From assembly GCA_949282345.1 (NCBI GenBank), contig CASDOQ010000025.1:20127-84126 (forward strand): a stretch of DNA of 64,000 nt, read 5' to 3'. The DNA is from an uncultured bacterium (GTDB lineage: Bacteria; Bacillota; Clostridia; Oscillospirales; CAG-272). Under the pieces are notes generated by a model. It made no database searches. It was not told the origin of the DNA and was given only the letters and a program-made list of their open reading frames with translations. Made by a program: the position numbers and the translations under genes. Positions 37,264 through 47,139 of the stretch are shown one piece after another. Within the stretch, counting starts at the first letter, position 1, and every line of letters begins with the position of its first letter.

Positions 37264-39558
37264 ATGAATCTGAGCAGTATAGAACGCAAAAGCAGGCATA
37301 TTGCCCATCGCACCGCACTTCGGGTGCGCGGTATCGCCTTTTTCTTTTCTCTGGTTTTTGTTTTTCTTTCCTGCCGTCTTTTCATATTGCAGGTCTTCCG
37401 TTACGGCACGTATCAGGCAAAGGTGATGGATGAGATCACGGTCTCCTCCACGCTCCGCGCCAACCGCGGCGACATCCTGGATGCAAACGGAAAAGTGCTG
37501 GCGACAAGCAAAACCGTCTACCGCATTTATATCAGCCCGAAAAATATCGCCGCGAAAACGAAAAAGGACGGCGTACAGTATGCCGCGATCATCGCGGACG
37601 GTCTTTCTGCGATCCTCGGCATATCGCGGGAAACACTTCTTGAAAAAGCAGGAAAAACGCGTTATCTTGACGAAACGGTCAAACGGAACGTATCCGACGA
37701 TACCGCAAAGGCCGTGCTGGAATTCATTCAGGAAAATCGGCTTGACGGGCTGATCCAGACCGAGGCCTCGACGACCCGGTATTACCCCGCCGGCACGCTT
37801 GCCGCGCATACCATCGGCTTCACAGGGAGCGATAACCAAGGGCTTTTCGGTCTTGAATACTATTACGATGATGACCTTTCGGGAGAGAACGGAAAATATC
37901 TGAGCGCCGTAGACGCGCACGGCAATGCGGACAGCTACGGATATACCACCTATGTTCCACCGAAGGACGGTCTCACGGTCGTCACCACCATAGATTCCTA
38001 TATTCAGCAGGTGCTTGAATCCGAACTCGCCGCCATCATAGAAGAATTTGACGTGCGTGACCGGGCCACCGGCATTGTGATGAACGTGAATACCGGCGCC
38101 ATTCTTGCCATGGCGACCGCGCCGACCTTTGACCTGAATACCCCGTATGAACCCGATCTGTTATCCGCCACCCTGCTTGCCGGGATCGGCTACGCGGAAG
38201 GAAGCGAAGAATACCGGGCGAAGAAAAACGAACTTCTGCTGAATATGTGGAAAAACAAAGCAGTCTGCGAACTCTATGAACCGGGTTCGACTTTCAAGAT
38301 CATGACGGCCGCCATGTCGATCGATGCGGGCGTCACGCGCCCGGATGACGCGACCTTTTTCTGCGGAGGGAGTTATTCTCCTGTGAAAAGCGTGCGCATT
38401 TCCTGCTGGCGGAAGATCGGTCACGGACGCGGCTTCACCTTTGCCCACGGCCTGCAGCAATCCTGCAACTGCGCGATGATGCAGGTGGTCTCACGTCTCG
38501 GGAGCGACGCCTTTTACAACTACTTTGAGGCTTTCGGGATGCTGGAAAAGACCGGGGTGGATCTGCCGGGAGAAGCCGATTCGATCTTCCACCGGAGGGA
38601 TGCACTGGGGACCGTGGAGCTGGCAACATCGTCCTTCGGTCAGCGTTTCAAGGTGACCCCCCTACAGGAGATCACTGCCGTGGCGGCCGTGGCAAACGGC
38701 GGCCGTCTCGTCACGCCTCATTTGCTTGATCGGTTGATCGACAGCGAAGGCAATACCGTATATCAATATGAAACGCAGGTAAAGCGGCAGGCCGTCTCAC
38801 AGGCGGCGGCCGATGCGGTCTCGTCGATCTTGGAAGAAGGGGTCTCGGGCACCGGCGCCTCGCGCAACGCCTATGCGCCCGGGTACCGGATCGCCGCTAA
38901 GACGGGAACGAGTGAAAAGCTGGATAAAGCCGATGCAAACGGGAACTTCTCGCTCCGCATAGGCTCCTGTGTTGGATTTGCTCCCTACGACAAGACAGAG
39001 ATCGCCGCTATCATCATGGTGGATGAACCGACGACGGCGCATTTCGGTGCGACGGTTGCCGCCCCGTATATCTCCTCCCTGATGAGCCGTATTCTCCCTT
39101 ACCTCGGCTATCCGGCCGTCTATACCGAAAAAGAAAAGGAACTGCTCCCGGTCACGGTAGGCGATTATACCGGTATGACCGTCCGGGAAGCGAAAAAGCA
39201 ACTGACAGAGCTTGGTCTCTCAACCAAAAGCGACACCGCCGACCCGGACGCCGTCGTGATCAGCCAAACACCTTCCGCAGGGACGGAGGTACACAAATCG
39301 CTCGGTACCGTCCTCCTTTCCACGGGGGCGCAAGAACCGGGAGAGGTTGCCGTCCCAAAGGTGACGGGACTTCCGCTCTCCGAAGCGAACCGCCTGCTCA
39401 CCGATGCCGGGTTGAACATCCGGATCGAAGGTGCGCACGAAGAGGCAAAAGACGGAAAGACCTACCCGCGCGCCGTCTATCAGTCGATCCCCGAAAAGAC
39501 ACCCGTGCCGCGCGGCACGACCGTTACCGTCCGCTTCCTGTATGCGGACGGCGAGTAA
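37264..39558 (+). CDS. class B penicillin-binding protein (PBP2B/FtsI/SpoVD-type) with two C-terminal PASTA domains
   Basis: About 764 aa from the ATG at 37264. Has STFK, SCN and KTGT transpeptidase motifs and two PASTA-like repeats at the C-terminus. Confidence 0.92.
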   Translation: MNLSSIERKSRHIAHRTALRVRGIAFFFSLVFVFLSCRLFILQVFRYGTYQAKVMDEITVSSTLRANRGDILDANGKVLATSKTVYRIYISPKNIAAKTKKDGVQYAAIIADGLSAILGISRETLLEKAGKTRYLDETVKRNVSDDTAKAVLEFIQENRLDGLIQTEASTTRYYPAGTLAAHTIGFTGSDNQGLFGLEYYYDDDLSGENGKYLSAVDAHGNADSYGYTTYVPPKDGLTVVTTIDSYIQQVLESELAAIIEEFDVRDRATGIVMNVNTGAILAMATAPTFDLNTPYEPDLLSATLLAGIGYAEGSEEYRAKKNELLLNMWKNKAVCELYEPGSTFKIMTAAMSIDAGVTRPDDATFFCGGSYSPVKSVRISCWRKIGHGRGFTFAHGLQQSCNCAMMQVVSRLGSDAFYNYFEAFGMLEKTGVDLPGEADSIFHRRDALGTVELATSSFGQRFKVTPLQEITAVAAVANGGRLVTPHLLDRLIDSEGNTVYQYETQVKRQAVSQAAADAVSSILEEGVSGTGASRNAYAPGYRIAAKTGTSEKLDKADANGNFSLRIGSCVGFAPYDKTEIAAIIMVDEPTTAHFGATVAAPYISSLMSRILPYLGYPAVYTEKEKELLPVTVGDYTGMTVREAKKQLTELGLSTKSDTADPDAVVISQTPSAGTEVHKSLGTVLLSTGAQEPGEVAVPKVTGLPLSEANRLLTDAGLNIRIEGAHEEAKDGKTYPRAVYQSIPEKTPVPRGTTVTVRFLYADGE

Positions 39559-39570
39559 AAGGAGGCTATC

Positions 39571-41094
39571 ATGAAACTTTCGGAACTTCTCTATCCCGGA
39601 GAGTACCGCTCCGCTTGCGATGCGGAAAAGATCACGGTGCAGGGGCTTGCCTGCCACACCGACCGGATGCAAGAGGGCTTCCTCTTCATCTGTCTGCGCG
39701 GTGCGCACTTCGATTCCCTCACCCTGATCGAGAAAATTGCCGCGTCGGGTGCCTGCGCCGTGATCACAGAACGGGGCACCCTGCCGAGAGAGGATTCTGC
39801 CGTCCCTATATTCGAAGTGAAGAATGCACGCGCTGCACTGGCTACCGTGTACAGTCGCTTTTACAAAAATCCGGCGGACGCGATGACCGTCATCGGGATT
39901 ACCGGCACAAACGGAAAAAGTTCGACCGCCGCCATTCTCTACGGGATCCTGCGCCGCGCCGGAAAGCATACGGCGCTCATCGGCACGGTGGAGTGCCTGA
40001 TCGACGGAAGGCGTTATTCCCTGCCTGAAGAAGAAGGGGGAAACCGCCTGCGCACCATGACGACCCCCGACCCCGATATCCTTTATCCGATGCTGGCAAA
40101 AATGAAGGAAGAGGGGATCGAATACGTGGTCATGGAGGTCTCCTCTCACGCCCTGGCGCTCTCCAAGGTTTCCCCCATCCGATTCCGGCTTGCGCTCTTC
40201 ACGAATCTTTCTCCAGAACACCTTGATTTCCACGATACGATCGAGAGTTATCTCGCGGCAAAATCGATCCTCTTCCGCCAGGCGGATATCGGGATCTTTA
40301 ACTGCGACGATGCGCGCGCCGAGGAACTGATCGCGGCATCGACCTGCCGCGCGGTCCGCACGGGGGTCGTCTGGCAGGGAGACGCACGCGCTTCTGATAT
40401 CGTCCTCCGCGGCGCACGCGGCGTTTCCTATACCTACCTTTCCGAAAAGGCGCGGATGCGAGTGCAGGTGCCGCTCCCCGGGGAATTCACGGTCTATAAT
40501 TCGCTTCTTGCTTTGCAGGCGGCCGTAGAGCTCGGGATCCGTCCGGCTGAGATCACGGCGGCTCTTTCCGATCTTCCGCCCGTGCGCGGCAGACTGGAGC
40601 GCCTCCCCCTCCCCGACTGGGCCGACTTTTCGGTATTCATCGATTACGCGCATACCGAGGAGGCATTGAGGGCCCTGCTTACCAGCGTGCGGCGCTTCCG
40701 CCAAAGCGGACAACGGATCGTCCTGCTCTTCGGCTGCGGGGGGGACCGTGACAAAGGAAAACGCGCCGCCATGGGACGCGTTGCCGAGGAACTGAGCGAT
40801 TTTCTCATCATTACCTCGGACAACAGCCGCTCCGAGGATCCGGCCGCCATTATCCGAGAGATTCAATCAGGGACCTCGCAAAAAGAAAAGCAGACCGTTA
40901 TCAAAAGCCGGAGAAGCGCCATCGAATACGCTATTCTGAACGCCCGCCCGAAAGATATTCTTCTTCTGTGCGGGAAGGGGCATGAGACCTATGAGATAGA
41001 CCGGCGCGGCGTGCATTATTTTGATGAACGAGAAATTGTCCGCGCAGCGCTTGAAAAAAGAAAAAACGGAGATACTCTTCTTCATGAGAATTGA
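39571..41094 (+). CDS. murE: UDP-N-acetylmuramoyl-L-alanyl-D-glutamate ligase MurE (dcw copy, probably DAP-type)
   Basis: 507 aa with GITGTNGKSST, EVSSHAL, TNLSPEHLD, DYAHT, GCGGDRDKGKR and GKGHETYE. Reads DNSR at the DNPR position, so the Arg is retained. Confidence 0.93.
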   Translation: MKLSELLYPGEYRSACDAEKITVQGLACHTDRMQEGFLFICLRGAHFDSLTLIEKIAASGACAVITERGTLPREDSAVPIFEVKNARAALATVYSRFYKNPADAMTVIGITGTNGKSSTAAILYGILRRAGKHTALIGTVECLIDGRRYSLPEEEGGNRLRTMTTPDPDILYPMLAKMKEEGIEYVVMEVSSHALALSKVSPIRFRLALFTNLSPEHLDFHDTIESYLAAKSILFRQADIGIFNCDDARAEELIAASTCRAVRTGVVWQGDARASDIVLRGARGVSYTYLSEKARMRVQVPLPGEFTVYNSLLALQAAVELGIRPAEITAALSDLPPVRGRLERLPLPDWADFSVFIDYAHTEEALRALLTSVRRFRQSGQRIVLLFGCGGDRDKGKRAAMGRVAEELSDFLIITSDNSRSEDPAAIIREIQSGTSQKEKQTVIKSRRSAIEYAILNARPKDILLLCGKGHETYEIDRRGVHYFDEREIVRAALEKRKNGDTLLHEN

Positions 41095-42493
41095 ACTTTC
41101 CATCCCGATCAGGACCGAACGCTTTCTCGGGCGTCTTGGTGTCCCGATCAGTGAAAAAGATCCCGAAACGATCTTTGCCGTCTGCACCGATTCCCGCCGC
41201 ATCATGCCCGGGGATCTCTATATCCCCCTTCGGGGCGAGAACGATGACGGGCACCGTTATCTTGCGGACGCAAGGTCCGCCGGGGCATCGCTTCTCCTCT
41301 CCGAACAGGAATTCAACGGGGCGCTCCGCGTAAAGAGTACCCGAGAGGCGCTCCACACGCTGGCGGCGGTCAGCCTCGACGAATACCGTCCGCTGATTGT
41401 GGGGATCACGGGAAGTGCCGGGAAAACGACCGCAAAGGAATATATTTCCGCCGTACTGGCAACGCGTTACCAGGTACACCGCACGGCAGAAAATGAAAAC
41501 AATGAGATCGGACTGCCCAAGACCATTCTCTCCCGACCTGCGGACTGCGAGGTTCTGGTCACGGAATTCGGCACTAATCACCCGGGGGAGATCGCCGCGC
41601 ATACCGCTCTATGCCGGCCGGATATCGCCGTCATCACCCTGATTGGACGGGCGCATCTCGGCGCATTCGGAAGCCGGGAGGCGATCTTTACGGAAAAATC
41701 CGCCATACTGGCAGGTTCCCCGCCGCCACGCGCTCTCTTAAACGCAGACGACGACCTGCTTGCCGCAATCTCCCTGCCCGGAGCCGTCGGCGTAGCACTC
41801 AACACCCCTGCCGACCTTACGGCCGAAAATATCCGGGTATCGGGCGACTGCGTCAGATTCCGCGCGTACGGAAAGGAGTTTTGTGAAGAGATCACGCTCC
41901 GCGGAAGCGGAAAAGAAAGGATATATGCCGCCCTTTTTGCCATAGGAGCCGGGCAGATGCTCGGCGTTTCATCGGCGGACACGGTTCGTACACTAGGGGA
42001 GGTTCCCCCGCCGAAGAACCGACAACAGATCATAACAAGCGGCTCCTACACCCTGATCAACGATGCTTACAACGCCTCCCCGGAGGCCATGCGGGCGGCG
42101 CTGGAACTTCTCTCCTCTTTAGCGGGAAAGCGCCGGCGCGTCGCGGTGCTCGGCGATATGCTGGAACTGGGCGACGGATCGGAAGCGCTCCATGAGGAAG
42201 CAGGACGAACTGCGGCTACCTGTGCCGACAGGCTCTTTGCCTTCGGAAAAATGGCGCACGCCTACGCCGCCGGAGCGATCCTCGCCGGAATGCGCAAAGA
42301 AGCCATCGCGGTATTTGAGGGGGCTGGATCCTGCCTGGAAGCCGTCCGGGATTCCCTGATCCCGCAGGACGTTATTCTTGTAAAATCCTCCCATGCCGCA
42401 GGCGGCTGGCGGATCGCGGAAGAGCTGGCGGCGTTCCTTTCGGAGCGCGACGGCCCGCAACGCTCCGACCGGCAGGATCGCATCTCCCGATAA
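41084..42493 (+). CDS. murF: UDP-N-acetylmuramoyl-tripeptide--D-alanyl-D-alanine ligase MurF
   Basis: About 469 aa from the ATG at 41084 (overlaps murE by 11 nt). Has GITGSAGKTTAKE, and NDAYNASP. Confidence 0.9.
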   Translation: MRIELSIPIRTERFLGRLGVPISEKDPETIFAVCTDSRRIMPGDLYIPLRGENDDGHRYLADARSAGASLLLSEQEFNGALRVKSTREALHTLAAVSLDEYRPLIVGITGSAGKTTAKEYISAVLATRYQVHRTAENENNEIGLPKTILSRPADCEVLVTEFGTNHPGEIAAHTALCRPDIAVITLIGRAHLGAFGSREAIFTEKSAILAGSPPPRALLNADDDLLAAISLPGAVGVALNTPADLTAENIRVSGDCVRFRAYGKEFCEEITLRGSGKERIYAALFAIGAGQMLGVSSADTVRTLGEVPPPKNRQQIITSGSYTLINDAYNASPEAMRAALELLSSLAGKRRRVAVLGDMLELGDGSEALHEEAGRTAATCADRLFAFGKMAHAYAAGAILAGMRKEAIAVFEGAGSCLEAVRDSLIPQDVILVKSSHAAGGWRIAEELAAFLSERDGPQRSDRQDRISR

Positions 42494-42506
42494 GAAAGGA
42501 CGGATC

Positions 42507-43496
42507 ATGTCTCCCCTCATTCTGTTTACGGTCACATTTGCCTTTACCTTTTTTCTGAGCGCCGCGGGAATGCACTTCCTGCTCCCGCTCCTGCGGGCGC
42601 GCCACGTCGGACAAAAGATCCTGGAAATCGGCCCAGCCTGGCATAAAGCAAAGGAAGGAACCCCCACCATGGGAGGACTCTCCTTTGTGGCGGCAACGCT
42701 GATCTCTCTTTTTCTCTCGCGTTTCCTCGTCTTTGACGGTGAACCCGCCTTTTTCCTCCGGCCGGTGCTTCTCTCTTTTCTCTATGCTCTGGCCAACGCC
42801 TTTGTCGGGACGGTCGATGACCTGACAAAATTCCGAAAAAAAGAAAACGAGGGACTAACCCCGGGGCAGAAAATTGCCCTGCAAATCACCTTTGCCGCCG
42901 CGTATCTGGCTCTCATGCGGCTTTACGGCCATATCGATACGGGCTTTTATCTCCCCTTTTTCAACGTCGTGCTGGATCTCGGCTTTGCTTATTATTTCTT
43001 TGCGATGATCCTGTGCGTCGGAACGGTGAACTGCGTCAATCTGACCGACGGAGTGGACGGACTCTGCGCCTCGGTCAGTCTTGTCGCAGGAGCTGCCTTT
43101 GCCGTTTTCGGCGTGATGGTAAAAGACGACGGTACTCTCCTGCTTGCGTCATTGCAGATGGGCGCCTGCCTCGGATTTCTGCTTTACAACCGTCATCCGG
43201 CTCGGGTCTTTATGGGGGACACGGGTTCGCTTTTCCTCGGGGGCCTTTTTGTGGGATGCGGATTCTGCTCGGGGAATCCGTTGCTGATTCTTCTCATCGG
43301 CGGATTCTATATTTTTGAGGGAGTCAGCGTAGTGCTTCAGGTATTCTGTTTCAAACTGACCGGTCGGAGGCTCTTCCGTATGGCTCCCTTCCACCATCAC
43401 CTCGAAAAAGGCGGATGGAGTGAAAACGCAATCGTTCTGCTGGCCTCGGCGGTCACGGTGATCGCCGGAGTCGCTGCCCTTTTGAGCCTGATATAA
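42507..43496 (+). CDS. mraY: phospho-N-acetylmuramoyl-pentapeptide transferase MraY
   Basis: 329 aa from the ATG at 42507 with TPTMGG, VDDLTKF, NLTDGVDGL and MGDTGSL. Confidence 0.95.
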   Translation: MSPLILFTVTFAFTFFLSAAGMHFLLPLLRARHVGQKILEIGPAWHKAKEGTPTMGGLSFVAATLISLFLSRFLVFDGEPAFFLRPVLLSFLYALANAFVGTVDDLTKFRKKENEGLTPGQKIALQITFAAAYLALMRLYGHIDTGFYLPFFNVVLDLGFAYYFFAMILCVGTVNCVNLTDGVDGLCASVSLVAGAAFAVFGVMVKDDGTLLLASLQMGACLGFLLYNRHPARVFMGDTGSLFLGGLFVGCGFCSGNPLLILLIGGFYIFEGVSVVLQVFCFKLTGRRLFRMAPFHHHLEKGGWSENAIVLLASAVTVIAGVAALLSLI

Positions 43497-43507
43497 GGAG
43501 GCGAGAG

Positions 43508-44872
43508 ATGGAAAAAGAAAAAAGAAGCGGCATCCGTTTTTTATTCGGCAGCCCGGAGGCCGTTCCGGGAACGTCAGATCGGGAGACGGGGGCGGCGGCC
43601 AAAGATCCCGAGGAGGATCGCAAAAGCCGGAGACCGGCAAAAGTGAAAAAAGGCGTGGGGCTTGCGGTGTGGGGAAATGCGCCGCGCAAAGAAAAAAAGA
43701 CCAGGCTTTTTTCGGGAAGAGAAAGATGGAAAAAACTCCTGCAAACGGCTCTTCCGCACGGAAAGGCGGGAGAAGCCGACCGGGTACTACTCTTTCTGAT
43801 CCTCATTCTCATCACGATCGGATCTGTCATGGTATGCTCGGCCAGCCACGCCTATGCGGAGTCGCGTTACGGGGACGGCGGTTATTTTTCAAGGAAGCAG
43901 TTCGTTTTCGTGGCGCTCGGCCTCCTCGTCATGCTCTTCGTCTCCCGGATCCCGCCGCGCCTGATCCGGCTGGCGGTCCTGCCACTCTACATTCTGACGG
44001 TCCTGCTCCTGCTTGCCACGCTCGCCTTCGGTCTGACGGGAAACGGAGCGCAGCGCTGGATCGCCCTCGGCCCGCTGACTTTTCAGCCGTCCGAACTTGC
44101 CAAACTCTCGCTCATCCTGATGTTGGCTCATTATTTTTCTTCCCCGGGGCATCTGCGGGAACCGGGAGAGCGCGGCCGTTTTCTTCACGGGATCGTATAT
44201 CCGCTGTTGCTGATCGGACTGATCTGTATTCTGGTCGTTCTGCAACGGCATCTTTCCGGCCTTATCATTCTCGGCTCGATCGGCATCTCGCTCGTTTTTC
44301 TTGCCGGGGCCCCTGGCAAACCTCTCCTTTTCCTCTGCGGGGCAGGGGCTGCCGGAGTCGGCACGCTCGCCTTTACGCTCGAATACGCGCACGAGCGCAT
44401 CACGGTTTGGCAGAACCCGGAGGCCTTCCCGCTGGAGGGCGGATGGCAGACCCTGCAGGGGCTGATGGCGATAGGTTCCGGCGGATTTTTCGGGCTCGGG
44501 CTCGGGAAAAGCCGGATGAAGTACAGCTGGGTCTCGGAACCGGCAAACGACTTTATTTTCACCATCACCTGCGAAGAACTCGGTTTTCTCGGCGCGATCC
44601 TCATCCTCGGGGTCTTTGCGCTTTTTATCAAGCGCGGCTTTACCGTCGCCTTGCGGAATGAGGATATATTCTCGCGTATTGCAGCGCTGGGGATCACGGT
44701 CAAGGTCGCCATTCAGGTGCTTCTGAATATCGCGGTCATCACAAACTCGATCCCGAACACGGGCATCTCGCTTCCCTTTTTCAGTTACGGCGGTTCCTCC
44801 CTGCTGATGCTCTTCGCAGAGATGGGGATCCTGCTTTCGGTCTCGCGCTCCTCCGCGCTGACCTATCGGTGA
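43508..44872 (+). CDS. ftsW: SEDS-family peptidoglycan polymerase FtsW/SpoVE with an ~95-aa basic N-terminal extension
   Basis: 454 aa with a strong AAGGAGG Shine-Dalgarno. SEDS motifs QPSELAK and GSGGFFGLGLGKS. Confidence 0.9.
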   Translation: MEKEKRSGIRFLFGSPEAVPGTSDRETGAAAKDPEEDRKSRRPAKVKKGVGLAVWGNAPRKEKKTRLFSGRERWKKLLQTALPHGKAGEADRVLLFLILILITIGSVMVCSASHAYAESRYGDGGYFSRKQFVFVALGLLVMLFVSRIPPRLIRLAVLPLYILTVLLLLATLAFGLTGNGAQRWIALGPLTFQPSELAKLSLILMLAHYFSSPGHLREPGERGRFLHGIVYPLLLIGLICILVVLQRHLSGLIILGSIGISLVFLAGAPGKPLLFLCGAGAAGVGTLAFTLEYAHERITVWQNPEAFPLEGGWQTLQGLMAIGSGGFFGLGLGKSRMKYSWVSEPANDFIFTITCEELGFLGAILILGVFALFIKRGFTVALRNEDIFSRIAALGITVKVAIQVLLNIAVITNSIPNTGISLPFFSYGGSSLLMLFAEMGILLSVSRSSALTYR

Positions 44873-44876
44873 GTTT

Positions 44877-45995
44877 ATGAAAATCATATTGACAGGCGGT
44901 GGAACGGCCGGACACGTGACCCCGGCGCTCGCCATCGCGGAAACCTTTTTGAAAAACCGACCCGACACCAAGATCCGGTATATCGGTACACCGGACGGCA
45001 TGGAGAAAGGGCTGGTAAAGAAAGCGGGATACGACTATGAAAGCGTCCGCGCGGCGGGATTTTCGCGCTCGCTTTCTCCCAAGAATCTGACGGCGCTCTG
45101 GTACGCGCTGGTCTCCCCCGGCCGTGCGGAAAAGATCCTGCGTGATTTCTCACCCGATCTGGTCGTCGGGACGGGCGGATACGTCTGCTACCCGGTGCTT
45201 ACCGCCGCCGCACGTCTCGGGATCCCCTGCGCCCTGCACGAATCCAACGCCCTGCCGGGGCTTACGACAAGACGACTTGCCGGCCGGGTAGATCTCGTCA
45301 TGCTGAATTTTGCGGAGGCGGAAAAGGCTCTCCCCTCAAGGGCACGCACGCTCCGCACTGGGAATCCGATCCGGGAGGGGTTCCGAACGCAAAACCGTCG
45401 GGAAGCCCGGCAGTCGCTCGGGATTCCGGAAAAGGCGCGTCTGATCCTCTCGTTCGGCGGAAGCCTCGGTGCCGAGGCGATGAATCGCGCCGCGCTCTTA
45501 TTGACAGAGCAATATGCGCTCAGCCGCCCGGACGTTTACCAGATCCATGGATACGGTACCCGCTACCGTGAGATCACGGAGCGGGAGATCGCGTCGCGCT
45601 TCGGTCGTCTCCCGGGGCGCATCCGATACGCCCCCTACCTGGAGGATATGCCGACCCTCATGGCCGCCGCCGATCTCCTGATCAGCCGTGCCGGAGCCAT
45701 GACCGTGACCGAAGCGGCACTCTCGGGTCGGGCATCGCTCCTGATCCCCTCCCCCAACGTCGCCGGCGACCACCAGACGAAAAATGCCCGGGCCATGGCC
45801 GATGCCGGCGGCGCCGTCCTTTTGCCGGAATCCGCGCTTACCGAAGGCTCGTTGCTTTCCGCCGTCAGCGGGATCCTGGATCGCCCGGGCGCGCAAGCGC
45901 GTATGGAGGCCGCCGCACGCCGCTTTGCCGTCCCCGATGCGAACCGACGGATTTACGAGGCACTCCTTTCGCTCCTTAAAGGAAGAAAAAATTGA
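44877..45995 (+). CDS. murG: UDP-N-acetylglucosamine--N-acetylmuramyl-(pentapeptide) pyrophosphoryl-undecaprenol N-acetylglucosamine transferase MurG
   Basis: 372 aa with GGGTAGHVTPALA and SRAGAMTVTE. Confidence 0.95.
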   Translation: MKIILTGGGTAGHVTPALAIAETFLKNRPDTKIRYIGTPDGMEKGLVKKAGYDYESVRAAGFSRSLSPKNLTALWYALVSPGRAEKILRDFSPDLVVGTGGYVCYPVLTAAARLGIPCALHESNALPGLTTRRLAGRVDLVMLNFAEAEKALPSRARTLRTGNPIREGFRTQNRREARQSLGIPEKARLILSFGGSLGAEAMNRAALLLTEQYALSRPDVYQIHGYGTRYREITEREIASRFGRLPGRIRYAPYLEDMPTLMAAADLLISRAGAMTVTEAALSGRASLLIPSPNVAGDHQTKNARAMADAGGAVLLPESALTEGSLLSAVSGILDRPGAQARMEAAARRFAVPDANRRIYEALLSLLKGRKN

Positions 45996-46127
45996 ATAGA
46001 AAAAGCCCCCGCGCAGTATGCCCCGCTTTCGGGGCGCCACTGTAACGGGAGCCTTTTCTTTTTATTTTTGATATTTCCGCATCGGACATCCCGGAAAACA
46101 CCGTGCATCATCCGAAAAGGGGCGGAT

Positions 46128-46910
46128 TTATACGGTCGGCTCTTCGGGCGTTTCAAGTTCCTTGATGAGATTTTCCTCCACCAGCGCCTTGGTATCGCGG
46201 TAAGCATACCAGGCGGCATAATCGACCGGGGTCGCCTCGGTGCGCTCCAGCCCCACATTGGCCATGACTTCGGAGATCAGATACTTTGCCTTGCGGAGGC
46301 CGAGATCGCTCCGCACCCGGATCATCATCGGTACCTTTATGTATGCGGCCTTGTCGCTCTTATCGGTCTGATGATATTTTTCGTACTCGTATGCGTTGGG
46401 GTCAAGTGCCAGATATACGCAAAGATTCTTGCCGCGCACGACGAGTTTGGCGAGCTGAATGCGGCCGCAGTTGAAGGCCTCGTGCTTCCAGCTGATACGC
46501 GACTTCACGTCCTCGTATGCCAGCAATTCGTTTTTGATCTCACTGTAATAATTTTTCAACGCATCGGGGGCCTGTATTACCCGTGCGGCAAAAGAGCGGC
46601 TGTACCGGATCACGACGCGGAAGGTGCGGCCGTTCACGGTCTTTTCCCGGATCTCTGTCTCCTCGACTTCCTCCTCTTCCTCCCCGTCCTGCGTTTGGGG
46701 CGATGTGGGGAGCGGCTGAGCGGCCGTCTGAGAAGAAATAGCGGCAGGTCGGTTTTTCGCCTCTTCTTTTTCCAGCGCTTCCCGGATGATCACCTGTATT
46801 TCGGGCTCCGTCATGGCGCGCAACCGTCTGGCTTCACGGGCTTCGCTCTCACGGATGATCTTTTGGATCTCCGGCTCCTGCATACCGGGTCTTGCAATAT
46901 ACGTGTACAT
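46128..46910 (-). CDS. hypothetical protein: duplicated EPEIQxIIRE helices, acidic linker, C-terminal domain of about 170 aa
   Basis: 260 aa. Composition and codon usage look genuine, unlike the antisense 293-aa ORF. No family recognised. Confidence 0.6.
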   Translation of the reverse strand: MYTYIARPGMQEPEIQKIIRESEAREARRLRAMTEPEIQVIIREALEKEEAKNRPAAISSQTAAQPLPTSPQTQDGEEEEEVEETEIREKTVNGRTFRVVIRYSRSFAARVIQAPDALKNYYSEIKNELLAYEDVKSRISWKHEAFNCGRIQLAKLVVRGKNLCVYLALDPNAYEYEKYHQTDKSDKAAYIKVPMMIRVRSDLGLRKAKYLISEVMANVGLERTEATPVDYAAWYAYRDTKALVEENLIKELETPEEPTV

Positions 46911-47139
46911 CGCGTTCCTCCGTTCCTGATGCGTTCATATCCCTTATAGGCACATTGTATCACAATAAAAACTTTTTTTCAACATTTTTCACAAAAAAGA
47001 TTTTTTACTCTTTTTTCCTCCGTAAAAAAGTGAGAATTTTTTGTTTCTTTTCCGCTCTGTTTTCCCAAAAAGGGTTTACTTTCAAAGACGGGCACGGTAT
47101 AATGAAGATATCATTTCTCTTTCTGAAAGGAGCTCTGTC

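Noticed and set aside
39220-40866. 548-aa minus-strand ORF antisense to dcw murE
   Set aside because: It is a shadow ORF. The plus-strand product carries all the Mur ligase motifs.
46068-46949. 293-aa plus-strand ORF overlapping the 260-aa hypothetical gene
   Set aside because: Its composition (H/R/L/G/F-rich) and lack of a Shine-Dalgarno mark it as the shadow of the minus-strand gene, which has normal composition and an internal repeat structure.
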